A stretch of DNA of 64,000 bases from Nageia nagi. Lineage: Eukaryota; Plantae; Pinophyta. Numbering within the stretch: the stretch's first letter is position 1; the number at the start of each line of letters is the position of its first letter. Both the position numbers and the translations under genes were made by a program. This document shows positions 37,790 through 52,996 of this stretch, piece by piece. Under the pieces are notes generated by a model. The model searched no databases and was not told where the DNA came from. It was given only the letters and a program-made list of their open reading frames with translations. The DNA is taken from NCBI GenBank assembly GCA_050084985.1, contig JBITNC010000001.1:187612001-187676000 (forward strand), written 5' to 3'.

Positions 37790-40700
37790 AGAAAGGATGA
37801 AGTACATGATATTTGTTGGTCCACATTCTTCATTTCCTTCCATGTCAGCTAAATGACATGCTCCCAAGCCAAATTTTATTTTAATTATATATGGTCCTAA
37901 CCAATTGGGAGCAAATTTATCACAAAGTTGACATTCCATTCATGAAGTTTGTTGATTTTCTTTAAGTACTAGATCTCCTATGTTAAATTCACGAATTATA
38001 GTTTTTTTTCAAAATCTCTTTTAATGTGATTTTGGTAAGTTCGCATGTGTTATAATAAATGAACTCATATTTTATCTAATAATAATAGTTGATATAATCA
38101 TGCTTGATGAGTTGCTTCATCTATAGTGTAATCTTACACAACAATTTGTAGAGAGGGGATTTCTATTTCTAGAGGTAAAATTGTTTCTGCTCCATAAACT
38201 AGAGAAAATGGAGTTACCCTTGTAGGAGTTCCAATGCTAGTACAATATGCCCATAAAGCATGTGGAATTCTTGCATGCTGATATTTATGGGAATTATTAA
38301 ATATTTTAAGTAAAATACTTTGAATAGTTTTGTTTGTAGCCTTAGATTGTCCATTCATTTAGGATAATATGGTGTTGAAAAGCTAATCCTGATATAATAT
38401 CCTTTGCATAGGGTTAATACTTCTTTATTTTTAAAATTCTTCCCATTGTCTATGAAAATTTGAGAAAGAATTCCAAAATGACATATGATATGATGTTCTA
38501 TAAATTCCACTATTTTTGGGCCTTTTGTAGAGATCACATGAATAACTTCGATCCATTTTGTTAAATATTATGTAGCTATTATTATAAATTTATGGCCACC
38601 CAAAGAAGTAGGAGATATTTGACCTATAAGATCTAATGCCCATATTGAGAATGGCCATAATGATTGAATAGGTTGTAATGCTTATGATGGTTGATTGAAT
38701 AAATTAGAATGTTATTAACATCTAAAATATTTTTTAATGTATTCAACATAATCACATTCCATTATAGGCTAATAATATCCCATGCACATTAGTTATTTCA
38801 TGATGGCTGGACCACTAAAATATCCTCCACATATTCCATCATGCACACATGAGATTGTAATTTATGAGTATGCCCACTCCAAATATCTAAGCAATAATGA
38901 GAATCTTTTAATTTGAATGTCTTTTTGGCTGATTTTGTTAAATCAAGAGGTAGAACTCCATCTCTTAAGAATTTAACTAATTAAATATGCCATAAGTTTT
39001 TATCTTCTATTATAATATCAAGAACCTCATGTTCAACATTATCCATTTCTAACAAAGATTATGTGATTATTATTTTGATATGAATGGTTTGTCAATGAGG
39101 ATCTTCTAGTATTAAATATTCAATTTATGCCATAGCATCACCAAATTTATTGTTTGATCTAGGTGCAACCTCTATTTCATATTTTTCAAATGATTATAAT
39201 AGAGTATCCACTAATTTTCTATATTTTTTAAGTAAAGGTTCTTTACATTGGAAGATTCCTTTAATTTGATTTATAATTAATAATGAATCTCCAATAAATT
39301 TGACTTTTCTTATCTTTAATTTTATGGAAATTTTCATGGTTAATATTAAAGCTTCATATTCAACTTTATTATTTATGCATGGAAAATTAAGTTTGAAGGA
39401 GTATGGTATAGGCACTCCTTGTAGTGTAATGAATACAACATTGACACCTCCACTTTTTTCACATTGAGAACCATCAAAATAAATTACCATATCCCATTCT
39501 TCTTTAGGATCAACAAGAACTTTCATTTTGTCTAATTGAAAAACATGTTCATTTAACAATTCAATTATGAGAGGCTTGTCATCTTGTAATGGTGCTTCTA
39601 CAAGATAATTAGTTATGACTTCACCTTTAATGGATTTTTGGCTTATAAATTGAAAATAAAATTTTGTTAAATGCATAATCCATTTAGATTCCCTTGCATT
39701 TTGATGGATTTTATTCATCATATATTTTAATGGATTCGATTTGGCGATCACATAAGTTGTATGATTTAACATGTAGTGTTTAAGCTTTTTGGTTGCAAAA
39801 GGTACTATTAAACATAATTTTTTTATATATACATATCTTATCTCATAGTCAACTAGAGTTCAACTAAGATAGTATATGGCTTGTTATTTTCTATTTTCAT
39901 TCTTTTGAGTAGCATAGTTCCTAAAGTAGATTCTGTAGTAGATGAATAAAGTAAAAATAGTTCTCCTCTTTTGGGGGAATCAAAATTGGAGGTGATAAGA
40001 GATATTATTTTATTTATTCAAACACATTTTGTTATTCCTTTCCCTAGATTTTTTAACAATTTATTAAATTGTTTACATTTATCTGATAATTATGATATGA
40101 AATGCCTTATAGCTTATAGGTTTCCTTGTAAACTTTATAATTATTTTATATTTGAAGGAGGAGGAATATTTACTATTGCTTTTATTATATTTGGATCTAA
40201 TTCAATTCCTCATCTTGAAACAATAAAACTAAATAATTTTCTTGAAGTAAATCCAAAAATACATTTCTTTGGACTTAGTTTAACATTATATTCTAATAAC
40301 CTATTAAATATTTTTATAAGTACTTATGGATGATCTTCTCTAGTTTTAGACTTAGTCATAAATCGTCCACATAATCTTCCACAATATCATATATATAATC
40401 ATTAAATATGTATGTCATTGCTCATTGATAAGTAGATCCAACATTTTATAAACCAAAGGGCATTACTTTATAATATAAAGTTCCCCATGGTGTTGTAAAA
40501 ATTATTTTATGTTAATCTTTCGAAGCTACTTTTATTTGATTGTAACCAAAAAATCCATCCATGAGTGATAGCATTTCATATCTAGCAGTGGAATCAACTA
40601 GATTATCAACATTTTGAAGTGGAAAATCATATTTTGGAAAAGCCTTATATAAATCTCTAAAATCTGTGTAAATACAAATCATGCCATTAGGCTTTCTAAT

Positions 40701-43700
40701 CGAAACCATATTGGAAATCTAGTTAGAATAATCAATAGGTTGTATAAATTTTACTTCCAAAAGCTTTTGTAATTATTATTTTACCATCAATGCTATTATA
40801 GGATACATTTTATGTAATTTTTATTTTATTGACTAAGCATCTTGTTTCAAACCTAAATTGTGTACAACCAAGTTTGAATCCAATCCAGATATATTTGCAT
40901 ATGACCATGCAAATACCTTTTATTTTTCTTTAAGAATGGATATAAACTTTTTCCTTTCATATTCATGTAATGATTTTCCTAATTTAACAATTTTTTTATT
41001 ACTAGGATAATCACTTAAGTCTATTTCAATATTATCTTCAATTAGCATATGAGATCCTTCTTCCAATTGACTGGGTACTAGAATCCTATTTTTATCATTT
41101 TGATTATATTCCTCATCCTCACCTAAATCTTGGCTCATTTAAGGTTGTATTTATTATGGGTTCAAATGTTTGGAATATAATATTTATATATATTTAAATT
41201 CTTGTATTATTTTTTTTTAGATATGAATGTAAAATCTATAGTATTTTCATCTGTTGTAAACTTTGATGATGTTTCTATTGAGTCAGATGGACTTAATTTC
41301 TCAAACTCATCACTTCCATACTAAGCAAAGGATATTTATTCTAATTCCAAATTAGACACTTCTTTAATTTGAATCATGTTGATTGAAACAATATTAGAGA
41401 ATAGATTTTCAAGCATTAACATTTTTGATTCTACAATATTTTGATTTGCTATCCATTCAAAGTCTTCACCTAGATCTTCATAATCAAGACTTTTTGATTC
41501 CAATTCAGCTATTTCTTTATGAGATTCTCTTTTATACCCTCATATCCCAATCTTGTATTATAATGACCTAAACCATATCCTTTCCATTGATATCTATTAA
41601 AATATCTTTGAAAAAAATATCGTACATAAGGTGATAAATACTCCAATGAATTACAAAATACACCTTCATATGGTTTAGGTAAAGGAATTGGAGATGGTAC
41701 TATAGGGCCTGCATATATAAATAGTGTTTGATTAGGAGTATTTCCCAATGGTATTAATTATCCCTCCATACTAGAGGATCCAGTAGGTCATCAAATATCT
41801 TGGACAAAAGGAATATTAAAGATTACATCATCAATTTCATATTCTTCTATACCCAAATAAGATAATTTTATTATTACTTGATAAATGTCTAATGATTTAT
41901 CATATTCTTTATAATCATTACTTTTTTATGAGACATTTATTTGAGATGAATTTTTTGATAAATAAGCTTTATTTAATTCATCTAATTTGTATGCCCTTGC
42001 TTCCCAAGAATCCCTCTCTTGTGGTGTAATTTTTTTTTGTTGTGAACCATTATCAACCTTTTGTTGATCAATAATTTATTTTTCTTTTAAATTTTTTGAA
42101 TATGTGTGATCATTTTTACCCACATAAATTATCAATGGTTCATTTGTTGGTAGAGGTGTCATGAAAGAATGAATAGATTATAAGGCTACATCATTAGGCA
42201 AATAAGTAATATTACAATGTGAATATGGATTTTCATCTCTAGGTACATAATGTACTATTCCTTCATGAATATATTTCAAACAATTATGATATGTTGATAG
42301 GATACATTGCATATCTCTAATCCAAGGCCCCCCTAACAAAATATTGTATTATGTAATATCCCCTTCAATAACTTGTAACAAATTTTACACCATTTTTGAT
42401 CCCATAGTAATAGGTAATGTGATTGATCCTATTGTTTAACATAAAGCATCATTGAATGCTTTTAGTTGGACTAATGATGATGAAATATGTGAGAAAGGGA
42501 GATTTAAGTTCTTATATGCAATCATTGAAATAATATTTATGGCTGAACCTTCATCAATTAGGATTCTTTTGAATGTTATTCCATTAACTTTGGCTATGAT
42601 ATGCAAAGATGGATCTAAACCATATGTCCCATTTGAATGATTTATTTCATGATCATAAAAAGGAGATTTTGACTTTTTTTAATATTTTCCAAAAAGGATA
42701 CAAAAATTTTAGGATCATTTATATCTAATTCAATTGTTTGTAATAATTCATTAATTACATCTCTATGATTTTTAGATTATTGTAATAATTAAAACAATGC
42801 TATTTTTACTTGTGAATTCTTTAATTGTTGATGTAAAGATCATTTTATAGATACCTTAGGAGGTTGTGGCTTAGGTATATGTGGTTACAAATAAACCTTA
42901 TCTTATTCATTATCTGATATAACTTTTTGCCTCCCTTGCAACTTTTGAGCTCTTGTGGCAATATTGATCATTCCTATAAATGTTGAATTATCATAACTCC
43001 ATTTATGTGTTACCTAATTTTCATGTGGATGGAATGAAACATTATTAGTTTGATGTTGAGTACGTGAATTTTGATAAAGCCATAAATTTTGATTAGGAAT
43101 TGTAACAAGATTATCAACCTCTAACTTCCCACTATCAATTAAATCTTGAATTATATTTTTTAATGTTCTACATTTATTTGTATCATGACCCTTTTGAGAT
43201 GGTGATGAAAAAATTCACTTTCATTATACCATCTAATTTCTTTAGCTTTAGGATTTTCTAGCCTTATATTAGGTAAATTAATTATTTAATGATCACATAG
43301 TTTCTAAAAAATATCATAAAGAGATTTTGACAAAGGTGTAAACTTTCTTTTAGGTTTAGAATCATTTTCTACATTTTGGGTAGGAGGTGCTCCTAATTAT
43401 TTTACAATAGAGACCTTATTTGATAGTAATTGTTTACTTTTTTAGTCTATTTGATTTTTTATTTTTAATATAACCTTCCGTTTTCTTAGTTTTTATTTAT
43501 CCATCTTATATTTTAACTTTTTCAATTAGTACTACTTGAGAAATAACTTCTTCAAAGGTTTTTATGTTGTTGTATTAACAATGTACTAGCAATAGGTCTC
43601 AAATAAATTTGACTGAATAACTTGACCAATTCTTCTTGAGGTAAAGTATAAGGCATACTTGTCAATACTACCCTCCATAATGAAATAAAATAAGTAACTA

Positions 43701-46700
43701 ACTTATTTGAGAATTATTGTAATCTTATGAGATAAATGATGGAAGTTTTATCTCTAATATTGATTCTAAAGTGTTTCAAGAATTTGCCAACTGAGAATAT
43801 TAACTAATACTATATTCACATAAATTATTATACCAATCCATCTCTTTTCCAAAAAGTTTCATAAGAAATATATGTAACATTAATGCATCATCGTTGGCAA
43901 TCAAATAACTTGAGTATTTGAATCTTCTTAAATGTTTTTAGGATCTTCATTTCCTTTAAATGGTTCAATTTTTAAAAATTCAAATTTAAAAGGAATTTAC
44001 TTTTTAATAACATTAGGATGAATTGGTTCATTACAAATTATTTCATAAGATACCTTTTTTTTTTCTTGCATACATAACTCCCTTTCTATTTCTTTTAATC
44101 TTTCAGAAAAGTTATCATCTTCTTTTATTGCCTTTTCTTTTGGTTGATTTTGCAAATACACATGATATTCTTCATTTCTTGAATATGATTCTTCTTTGTA
44201 TCCTTAAAATGGTCTATATCCTTGTTCAAAAGGTGTTATTGCAGCATCATAAACCTTATCATATGGTGGTGATGGAGGTGGAGGCTAATGAGATGCTTAT
44301 CCTATGTCCTTAGGCAGAGGCAAGTAATATCTTTGTATTTTATCTTGTTGATTTCTAAGTGAAACTACTTTTTTCATAGCAAAATAAAGATCTTGGTATA
44401 TATACACTCCATGGACATGTAGTGATAATGATAATGCTCTAGGTTATCCTTTTATTTCTCTATTTAACCTTTGATCATACCCATATTAATGTTGAACACT
44501 TTTCTTAATATGATGATATGTTGTAGATGATTTATTTTGATGTACATTAGACACAAGTTGTGCTTGTACTTGATGTCATTCAATAAATTTAATTGGATTT
44601 TTTTTATTGATCATATTGAGCTAATATTTATTGTTGTATATTACTTGGAGGCACTAATTACTTCCTATGGGGATAATAAGGTATTTCTTGTAGTTTAATT
44701 TTTGTCAAATTATGCCTATTTTTAGCTTGTTATTCTTACTTAGCTCTTTTATGACATGATAAAGGAGTTGGTGTATTTTATTTTAAGAAATGAAGAGGAT
44801 TTTTACACAATTTGAAATGGTTTATTGATTCAAGCATTGGAGTTCCTATATGTATAGAAATTTGATCATTGAATTCTTCCACTTGCCTTGATATTGTAGA
44901 AGGCGTTTAATCTTCTATTCTTAAATATGATTAGACTAATCATTCATTTGGTAAATATAGTGCAATATGATGATATTTAGGTCTATGAGGACCTCTTTGA
45001 AATACAATATCAACTGATTATGCCCTTGAAGGAGGAGAATTTCCTTCTTCATTATCTTTTATTGCTTATTGTTCATCTTTTCTTAAATATTCCAAATTTA
45101 AAAGAAGACTATGAGTATAAGGTGAGAATTGAGGAATTCTTAATTATGTTAGAAGTTGTCTAACATCATTCAAATCATTATCAATAGGATCTTAATATAT
45201 CCTAAGATTTGTATGTCGATGAGTTTCTCTTCTTGACTGATTCCTACTAGACCTATGACTTCCTCTTTCTTCTAAGTTATATTCATCATGAGGTTCTTGA
45301 TCTTGATGAACCTTTTGAGAATGAGTTTGCACTATTTTTTTTTAGCAAACTATAAAAAGAAAACAAACATCAAATATAGCAATTATATTTTTATCTTTTA
45401 ATTTTATGCTTGTGGAAAACTAATTTAATGCACAAACAACCTACAATAATACTTACCTTTTGCGGTGTGATTATATTTTTCTATATTTTTAAAAAATTTG
45501 ATTAATCTTTAATATGAGTGATGTGAATTTTATTTTTTAATTTTTTTAGTTTTTTTAAAATACTTTATCTAGTCAAGTATTTAATCAAGGTAAGCTAGTA
45601 ATCCTAATAGACTATCTATGGCTAAGTAACAACTTGGTACTTAAAATGGTCCTCTTAGTGTAATGGGGTTCAAGGGATATAATTAAGGACCATCTTAGTG
45701 ATTAAATCCATGTATAACCCACTTTTTTTTATAATCCTTAAACAAAAAGTAATGACTTGTAACCTATGAACCAAGTATTCATCTCCAGGTTTTGGCTCTA
45801 TGGCTCATTGTATTTTATTGGTGGGAATATAAGAAAGTAAAAATAAATGGTTGGTAATGACATCTAACTCATTGATATTGATTTTACAAGGACTTATGAT
45901 TATGCATATAATTAAAACAAAGTATGTATGAATGCAATTTCTAACCCTCCCAATCATACATGTCCATTGATTAAAAGTTAGTTATGTGATTCAAACACTA
46001 TTTTAATTAATGTGCAACTTGATCTAATCAACCCATAAGATTCATTACCTTTTAAAGAGATTCATTCCAAATTTAAATGAAGTTCATTTATCCTTCCAAG
46101 TGTGGAAGTAATCAGGTGTGATTCATTCCCTCTCCTTACGAGTCACAGTCTACCTTTGACCACCTTTCTATGTTAAGGGAAGATAAGTAAGGATCCTTTA
46201 ATATATGTAAGTTTTCCTTTAATGTAAGTTCATTTACTCTCTTTATGAGTCACAATATACCTTCAACCACCTTTCAGCCTATTAAGGGTAGATAGGTAAA
46301 GAGTTTTAAGTGGATATTCATTCCAATCATAATGTGGGTTCATTTCCCCTCTTACTTAACTTTTCTGATCACTTCAGATCACCATAGATGCAAAAGTGAG
46401 AGCATACTTAGTTAAGTAAAATTATCTTTATGTATGTGCAACCACCACATTCATTCACCAATTTAGTGTTGTACTCTACCTGGAACCCGATTTATTTATC
46501 TTAAGTTCATTCTGAGTTTAATGATAACTAATTACTCCTTCCAAGTGTGGAAGTAAAGTGTGAGTTCATTTTTGAAATTAAATGATCAAAAATTATGTGA
46601 AGGTTCATTTACCATTTTCCTATTAAGTTCATTCTAATCACCTAATATCACTTTTTAGAGCAAAGGGAGAGCATAAATGAACTTAAAAGAAAAATTAATT

Positions 46701-47555
46701 AGTGAAATGCTTGTTCAAACCCTACCTAACACATAAATAATTTGTATTTTTTGTATATATGAAGCTAAATAATAAATACTAAATATTAATTAAATACAAA
46801 ATATACTAATGCTAAACCCCCTTTATCTAAATGCATTTTGAGCATAGATATCACAAATAAGGGGTTCATTCCTATTTCCTAGTTTTAGATGCCTACATTG
46901 CACTTTTAGTATTGATAACAATTGGGAATTTACCTTTATTTTTAATCGCTGGCATTTCCTATCAAGTTGTTGTATTTTTTCTTAATCACTAGTGTCTAAT
47001 ATCTAATTGCTAGAAACTCTACTACAAACCTTGAAAAAACACAAACCAAAATTTCTAATTAGTCATGAAACCACAAGATACAAAACCTAATAACAAAGAT
47101 TGTGAAAAACCCAAAGAACCCTAATCTTTTATTGTTAATGTCATCTACAAGCAAGGGGCCCTCCTTCTAGCACCATAATGTCATACTAAAAAGTAAACTT
47201 GTTAGTAAAGAAAGATAAATAATATTAAGATAAATACTTATTTAATTACCTTCAGGTATGACCTCAATTATAGTAATGAATATCTAGATTTAAAATGCCT
47301 TTTCTAAAGGGATTTTACAAAATTAGTATTTCTAACCTTTGTGGCTTTCTACAAAGTCACCAATGTTTATGTACAGTCATCGATGGTTGTGATAGTTATG
47401 GACATCCGTATGCTAGTCATTGGCATTTTCTATTCTTTTGTTGTAAGTTGTTGCATTTCACTTTTGTGAATCTTCAACTTAGTCACTAAATTCTTAATTT
47501 CTTCCATTTGGAAAAACCTTCATTGCTCCATTGTTTAGCACCTATGGGTCCTACA
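37790..47555 (-). mobile_element. Decayed Tat/Ogre Gypsy element 1: 5' LTR (~47555-47179), PBS, long 5' UTR, gag-PR-G-patch-RT-RH-aRH-INT
   Basis: PBS TGGTGCTAGAAGGAGGG at 47175-47159 (complement of the tRNA-Asn 3' end). PR near 42250-42620, G-patch WKGYGLG..RLGY, RT DFRDLYKAFPKYDFPL..SLMDGFFGYNQI, extra RNase H YFDGS..FKLNFPCINNKVEYEALI, INT ..KFAPNWLGPY. The 3' region probably extends left through 34012-37790 and 22600-25210; no 3' LTR was found. Confidence 0.88.
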
Positions 47556-48620
47556 AATAGAGGCACCCTATACCTTGAGATGAGGTAGGGATTACGAGTT
47601 AAGGAGATGGCATCCCACACTAGGGACCTAACTTTCTATGGGTTGGTGGTTGCACAAATGAGGCCACAAGACTTCATCTAGAGGCCCTATCTAGATGGGC
47701 CATGTTGGGTAGAGGATGAACTACAGATGGGTCACATACTATGATCCAGGTGGGTTAGGACTCGATGGGGAGAGGTGGAGTACTTCTATTTCGATCGAGT
47801 GGTTTGATAGGTTAGATTAGGATAGGATGTGCTAAGGGCACCTATCCTATATAATAGGGTTAGGCTGTATGGGCTATCGATGATAGTCTTTGTAGAGGTG
47901 GGGCCAAAGCTGGATCCCCCATCCATGATCTCCATGGTGAGGGATGCAAGTACGATGCCTACATATAATCAGTATTGGGTAGGATGGTTAGTGATATTGG
48001 CTCCCCCAACAGGTGGGGATGGAGGGGATGGGGGAGATGTAGGGATTGTAGTCATGATGGCAATAAGGCATAGGGATGGTGGTGATGAGGGTGATGGGGA
48101 TGGTGATGGAGGTGATAAAGATGGTGAATATGGAGGAGATCATGACTGGGGAATGGGGTACGATTGAGAGGATTGGGGTGTCAGGGATGCAACGATGGGT
48201 CTTCCTACAACATAGGAGGGAGGAGACAGCTATGAGACCTCCTACCACACAAGAGGGAGGAGACACAATTATGGGACCTCCTACAACACATGAAGGAGGA
48301 TACATGATAGTAGTGCACCTAAGGATAACATGGATGGAGGGTGGGCTAGTAGTAGTGCAAAAACACATAGTCATGCTAGAGCAGATAGTGGATGGACAAA
48401 CTCATTGTCTTAAGAAGGAGAATAAGAGGGTTACAACTTACAAGAAGGAGTTTGGGAGGATTTGACATTTGATCCCAGAGATATCATCATGATTGAGGAT
48501 AGCCACAAGCTAGGGTACTTAGAGGATCCCCACAACATCACACTATCATATAGAGAAGTCTAGCTGATTGTACCATCACTCCTCTTGACCTTTAGGTTCT
48601 CATCAGTTGAGGAGTCATGG
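47556..48620 (+). pseudogene. C-terminal half of a second plant mobile domain ORF (antisense in Gypsy element 2)
   Basis: DFI*RPYLDG..VEYFYFDRVV (~FxWRPY..VExHxPDRV), followed by a GD/GG-rich low-complexity tail. Cut on the left by the LTR of element 1. Confidence 0.6.
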
Positions 48621-48760
48621 GTGAGATGGATATGCATATGTATGATGTATGATATGATGAATGATGTATATGTGTATTTTTTTGATGGCCAAGAGGCCAA
48701 TTTTGCTATAGATGCCTATGTTTTGATTCATGTATGAGTTATAGTTTTACATGTGATGCT

Positions 48761-48890
48761 TAGATGTATGCTCTAGGTGTATGTTTATGATGATTTAGAC
48801 TATGTTTTGATGGATGAAATGCATGTTGTAGATGTATGCTCTAGGTTTATATTTATGATGATTTAGACTATGTTTTGATGGATGCAAATC
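48761..48890 (+). repeat. ~68-bp tandem duplication
   Basis: TAGATGTATGCTCTAGGT.TAT.TTTATGATGATTTAGACTATGTTTTGATGGATG occurs at 48761 and ~48829. Confidence 0.85.
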
Positions 48891-51069
48891 ATGTTTAATG
48901 TTTTATTATTTATGTGTGTACATGAGAATGAAATATTCTAAGTTTAAATGTTTGTTTACCTATGCATGGAAAAATGAACATGTATGGATAATCACATTCA
49001 AAAATAAACAATCTTTGCACAAAAATAAAGATAAAAACAAAAAAGTGATAACTAAAGGATAATGGTAACAAGATTAGACTAAGATGACAAAAAGGTGATA
49101 AAAGTTGTATTAAAGGTAATAACAAGGATAATAAAAAGATCATCATAAAATAATCAATTAAATAATGTAGCAAAGATGACAAATAAAACATGATAAAAAG
49201 ATAACAAGACAAGAAAATTGTGAAACAAGTAAGTAAGATAACAAGTAAAAGATCAATAAAAATGATGAGTAAAAGATTAAAAAGAAGATAAATAAAATGG
49301 ACGGTACTAAGATAAAATGGTAACAAGTGTAACAAATAAGTGAAAATACACCAAATTTATGAACAAATGTATGATCAAAATAATAAAAGAAGAGGGCTAA
49401 AAAGCCATACCATACATAATGAAAACATGTCGTAATCACAAACTTACAAACTCAATTTAAGTGAATAACAACAACATGTAAAAATAAGGACTCAAAAGGT
49501 ATGCACAAATGCAATTAAAATGGAGCAAAATGAAACTTTGACAATTTTAACACTTTTGAAAAGGTGAAAAATGACCAACTTTGACATGCAAAAACAAGCA
49601 ACCATGATGTCAGTTTAACAAACAAGTTTGATGATATGATAGGTGGATGAAAATTCTAAGTGATGGAAAAAATGGCTTGAAAAATGAAGCTCATTTGACT
49701 TGTTTGCAAAGCAAAAATCGAAGCCAGTTTCAACTTTGCAAGAAACCTTTAATGCTCACTAAAAGTGCACCTTTATGGGTAGCCTTGGAAATAGCTTACA
49801 AAAATTAAGCAAATGATAAGATTAGGATTCAATACTTGATATTTTGATTGCATTTATATCAATTGAGTATTAGAAAAAGATATATCTAGAAAAGGGAAAC
49901 ATTTGATACTTCAAAATGACAAATCAAATAGCCAATTTTTACAAGGGTCAAATTTTAGGACCTTTGGTCCTAAAATAAAATGGACTTGGAAATGGTTACA
50001 AAATGAGTCGAAAGGACTTGCTAAGGCATGATAAGGCATGATAAGATAAAATGGAAAGGTATAGTGAGCAAATGACACAAATCGACATAGGTTGAAAAAA
50101 TGAGCAAAGTGGCCAAGTAGCCCACTTGGGGAGCTAAAGAAAATACAAGGGCAATCAAAACACAATGACACCTATGGAATATGATCGCATTTAGAATTGT
50201 GGATCAAATAATAGAAGTTGCAAAGGAAATTAACATGGTTAAGCAAGTTTTTCAAGGTCAAATGAAAGCAAAAAAGTTCAAAGTGACAAAAGGGACAAAG
50301 TGCAAAGTTCATCAAAACAAAATAAAATAGCTTAAAAATTAACATAAGTAGACATAAAAGAGATCAAATAACATCACAAAATAATGAGGGGACAAAATAA
50401 AAGTGAAAATGGATTTGGGATCGACTTCCATCTTAATGTGTAGAATGAGCTCTTTTATTGAGTAATTTTAGCAATGTCATTCAATGGCCCCGACATATGA
50501 ATGCAATGATGAAGGGTGGAGGACTATTGATGTGGTAGGAAAAAAATGACATGATGTAAAAATAAGATAGATAAAGATTGAGTTCCATCTTAATGTGTAG
50601 GGCATGTACTATCTCCATACCAGACTAGGTAGAAGAGATTCATCCAATAGTGATAAATACATAGTAAATGGTGAAAAAACAAATATAAAAAGACATAACT
50701 AGATTAAGTTTGGATAGGAGATGAGTGACTTGTGTTTTCCATGCACCCAAAAAAGGTAATATGACATTAAAAAGTGGGAGAAAACTAAGTATTGACTCCA
50801 AATGCAATGATTTAAAGTGATGATACAAGATAAGTGATAACTGAAAGGGAACCTTGAACTACTTGCTATAATTCTTGAAATCCTTTTCAAAATGCCAAGA
50901 TAAGATAAAGAGAGGATTATGATTGAGGTACATGGTATGCAAGACTCTTTTTTGAATTTTATATTTTGTGTTTGTTTTTGTGCTTATAAAAGTTTTACTT
51001 TTTTTGGTATTTTCTCTTTTTTATTATTTTTGGAAAAACATTTTCTGAATATTTGAAGGTTGCTTGTGA

Positions 51070-52996
51070 ATTATAGGTATAGAAAGAATGAAGGTGAATG
51101 ATGTTGATTTGTTAAAGCTCTTCAACACCATCCAAAGTTGCTAATTTGTAGGCTTTAGAATCATATTTACTTAGTACAATGTAAGGACCCAACCAATTAG
51201 GCATGAACTTTCCTCTTTCTGCTCTTGGTTGACTTGTAAATTGTTGGTTCTCCTTTAAGAAAAGGTCACCAACTTCAAATTCTTGGTAATGCACTCTTTT
51301 ATTATAAGACCTTTGGATGCATTACTGGTAAATCCTTAAATGTTGTAGTGCACTGATGCATTTCTCATCTAGTAAATCAATTTGGACAAGCCGATCTTGC
51401 ATGTAGGTAGTGTCATCCATAAGTTCAATGGGTAAAATAGCTTCAGCACCATAGATGAGTGAAAAAGGTGTTGCACTAGTAGGTGTTTGAATGCTTGTTC
51501 TATAGGCCCATAATGCATAAGAAATTTTGGTATGCCAATCCCTTTATGAGTTCCCAACAAATTTTTGAAGTGCTTTAATAGTAGTTTTATTAGAAGCTTC
51601 AGCTTGTCCATTGGCTTGAAGGTAATAAGGTTTGGAGAAACTTAATTGGATATGGTATTCATCACATAAGGCTCGAACATCCTTTTTTAAAAAGGAAGTC
51701 CATTATCTATGATTAATTTAGAAGGGATTCCAAATTTGCAAATGAGGTTGGTCTCAATGAAATCTACAATTTTAAGTGTTTTAACTTCGATCAAGGGTAT
51801 GGCTTCTACCCATTTAGTGAAGTAATCTATGGAATTGATTATAAATTTGTATCCTTATGAAGAATGGGGATACACTTGGCCAACAAGGTCCAAACCCCAT
51901 TATGAAAAGGGCCATATGGTTGCAATGGGTTGCAAGTATTGAGAAGGTAAGTGCTGAAGGTTTACAAATTATTGGCACTTAATGCATTTACAAACATAAG
52001 AAACATAATTTTTTTCAAGTGTTGGCTGAAAATATCCCATTCTTAATAAACATTTTACAATTGCTATACCACTAAAGTGGCCACCATATGTACCATCTAA
52101 AGTTACATTATCATATTCATTTAAATACTTAAGGTATCAAATGATACCCTTAAGTATTAGTGAATTTGCATAGAATATTTAATATAAACCTTTACAATAA
52201 TGCATTATACATTCCAACAAGGTAAAGGAAAATCATCTTTTGGGCAAGCTTATTAATGTCTCAAAAATCAGTGCATATGCAAATACCTCTCATCTTTTTA
52301 CCAATAGGAACAACATTGGAAACCCATGTAGGATAATCAATAGGTGTAATAAAACCAACATCCAAAAGTTTTTGAAGTTCTTCTTTAATAAGGAATGCAA
52401 CTTTTGGATTCATTTTTCTTAGTTTTTCCTTAATGGGTTTTGCATCTTTTTCAAGAACAAGATTATGAACAATAAGATCCACATCCAATCCTAGCATGTT
52501 AGAATATTTCCAAGAAAACATTTTAATATACTTCTTAAGAAGTTGAATGAATAACTCTTGCTCTTCGTTAGTTAATATCTTTTCAAGTAACACAATATGA
52601 TAATTGTTAGGATCTTCACCAATGTCAACTTCAATTATTTCTTCAACAAGCATGTGAGAAGTGTCATCCAATTGGGAAGGTAAAGGTAATAAATTAAGTT
52701 CATCATCCTCATTATAAGAATTGTATTTATCAAAATATTCCTCCATATTGAGGATAACATTCTCATAAGAATCAAAAGCAGAAGAATATTCTCCAAAATA
52801 AGCATCCATGTTTAAAAAGGAAGGATAAATATCCTTATAATAGGAAGGTAAATGAGCATAGCCACCAAGATGGTTAACTATAGATTCATCACATGGAAAA
52901 TAATCAAGAGGAATAGGAGCATTCTCAAGAGAAAAATCAATATAGTCAACATCAAGAGGAATTCTATGCAATTTGGTATCTGAAAAGTATGTTAAA
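51070..52996 (-). mobile_element. Tat/Ogre Gypsy element 2: integrase (51070-52099) and N-terminal RT (52220-52996); most of RT and RNase H deleted
   Basis: KENQQ..GKFMPNWLGPY, YFTKWVEA and DGTYGGHFSG; RT FSWKYSNMLGLD..PIKEKLRKMNP..WVSNVVP..CTDF..ACPKDDFPLP. Confidence 0.9.
52100..52219 (-). mobile_element. Inverted 120-bp 5'-end fragment of the Copia LTR family found at 52997/61516
   Basis: Reverse complement is TGTTGGAATGTATAATGCATTATTGTAAAGG...ATGATAATGTAACTT, with about 5 differences from the 5' LTR. Confidence 0.95.

Noticed and set aside
48910-49439. Leu/Phe/Ile-rich ORFs (141 aa, 93 aa)
   Set aside because: They are the reverse complement of A-rich GATAA low-complexity sequence in a retroelement 3' UTR.
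52220-52996. Segment inverted between inverted LTR ends, or a TIR transposon
   Set aside because: The RT segment is in the same (minus) orientation as the flanking integrase and gag-PR, and the Copia TSD TTAAA is intact.
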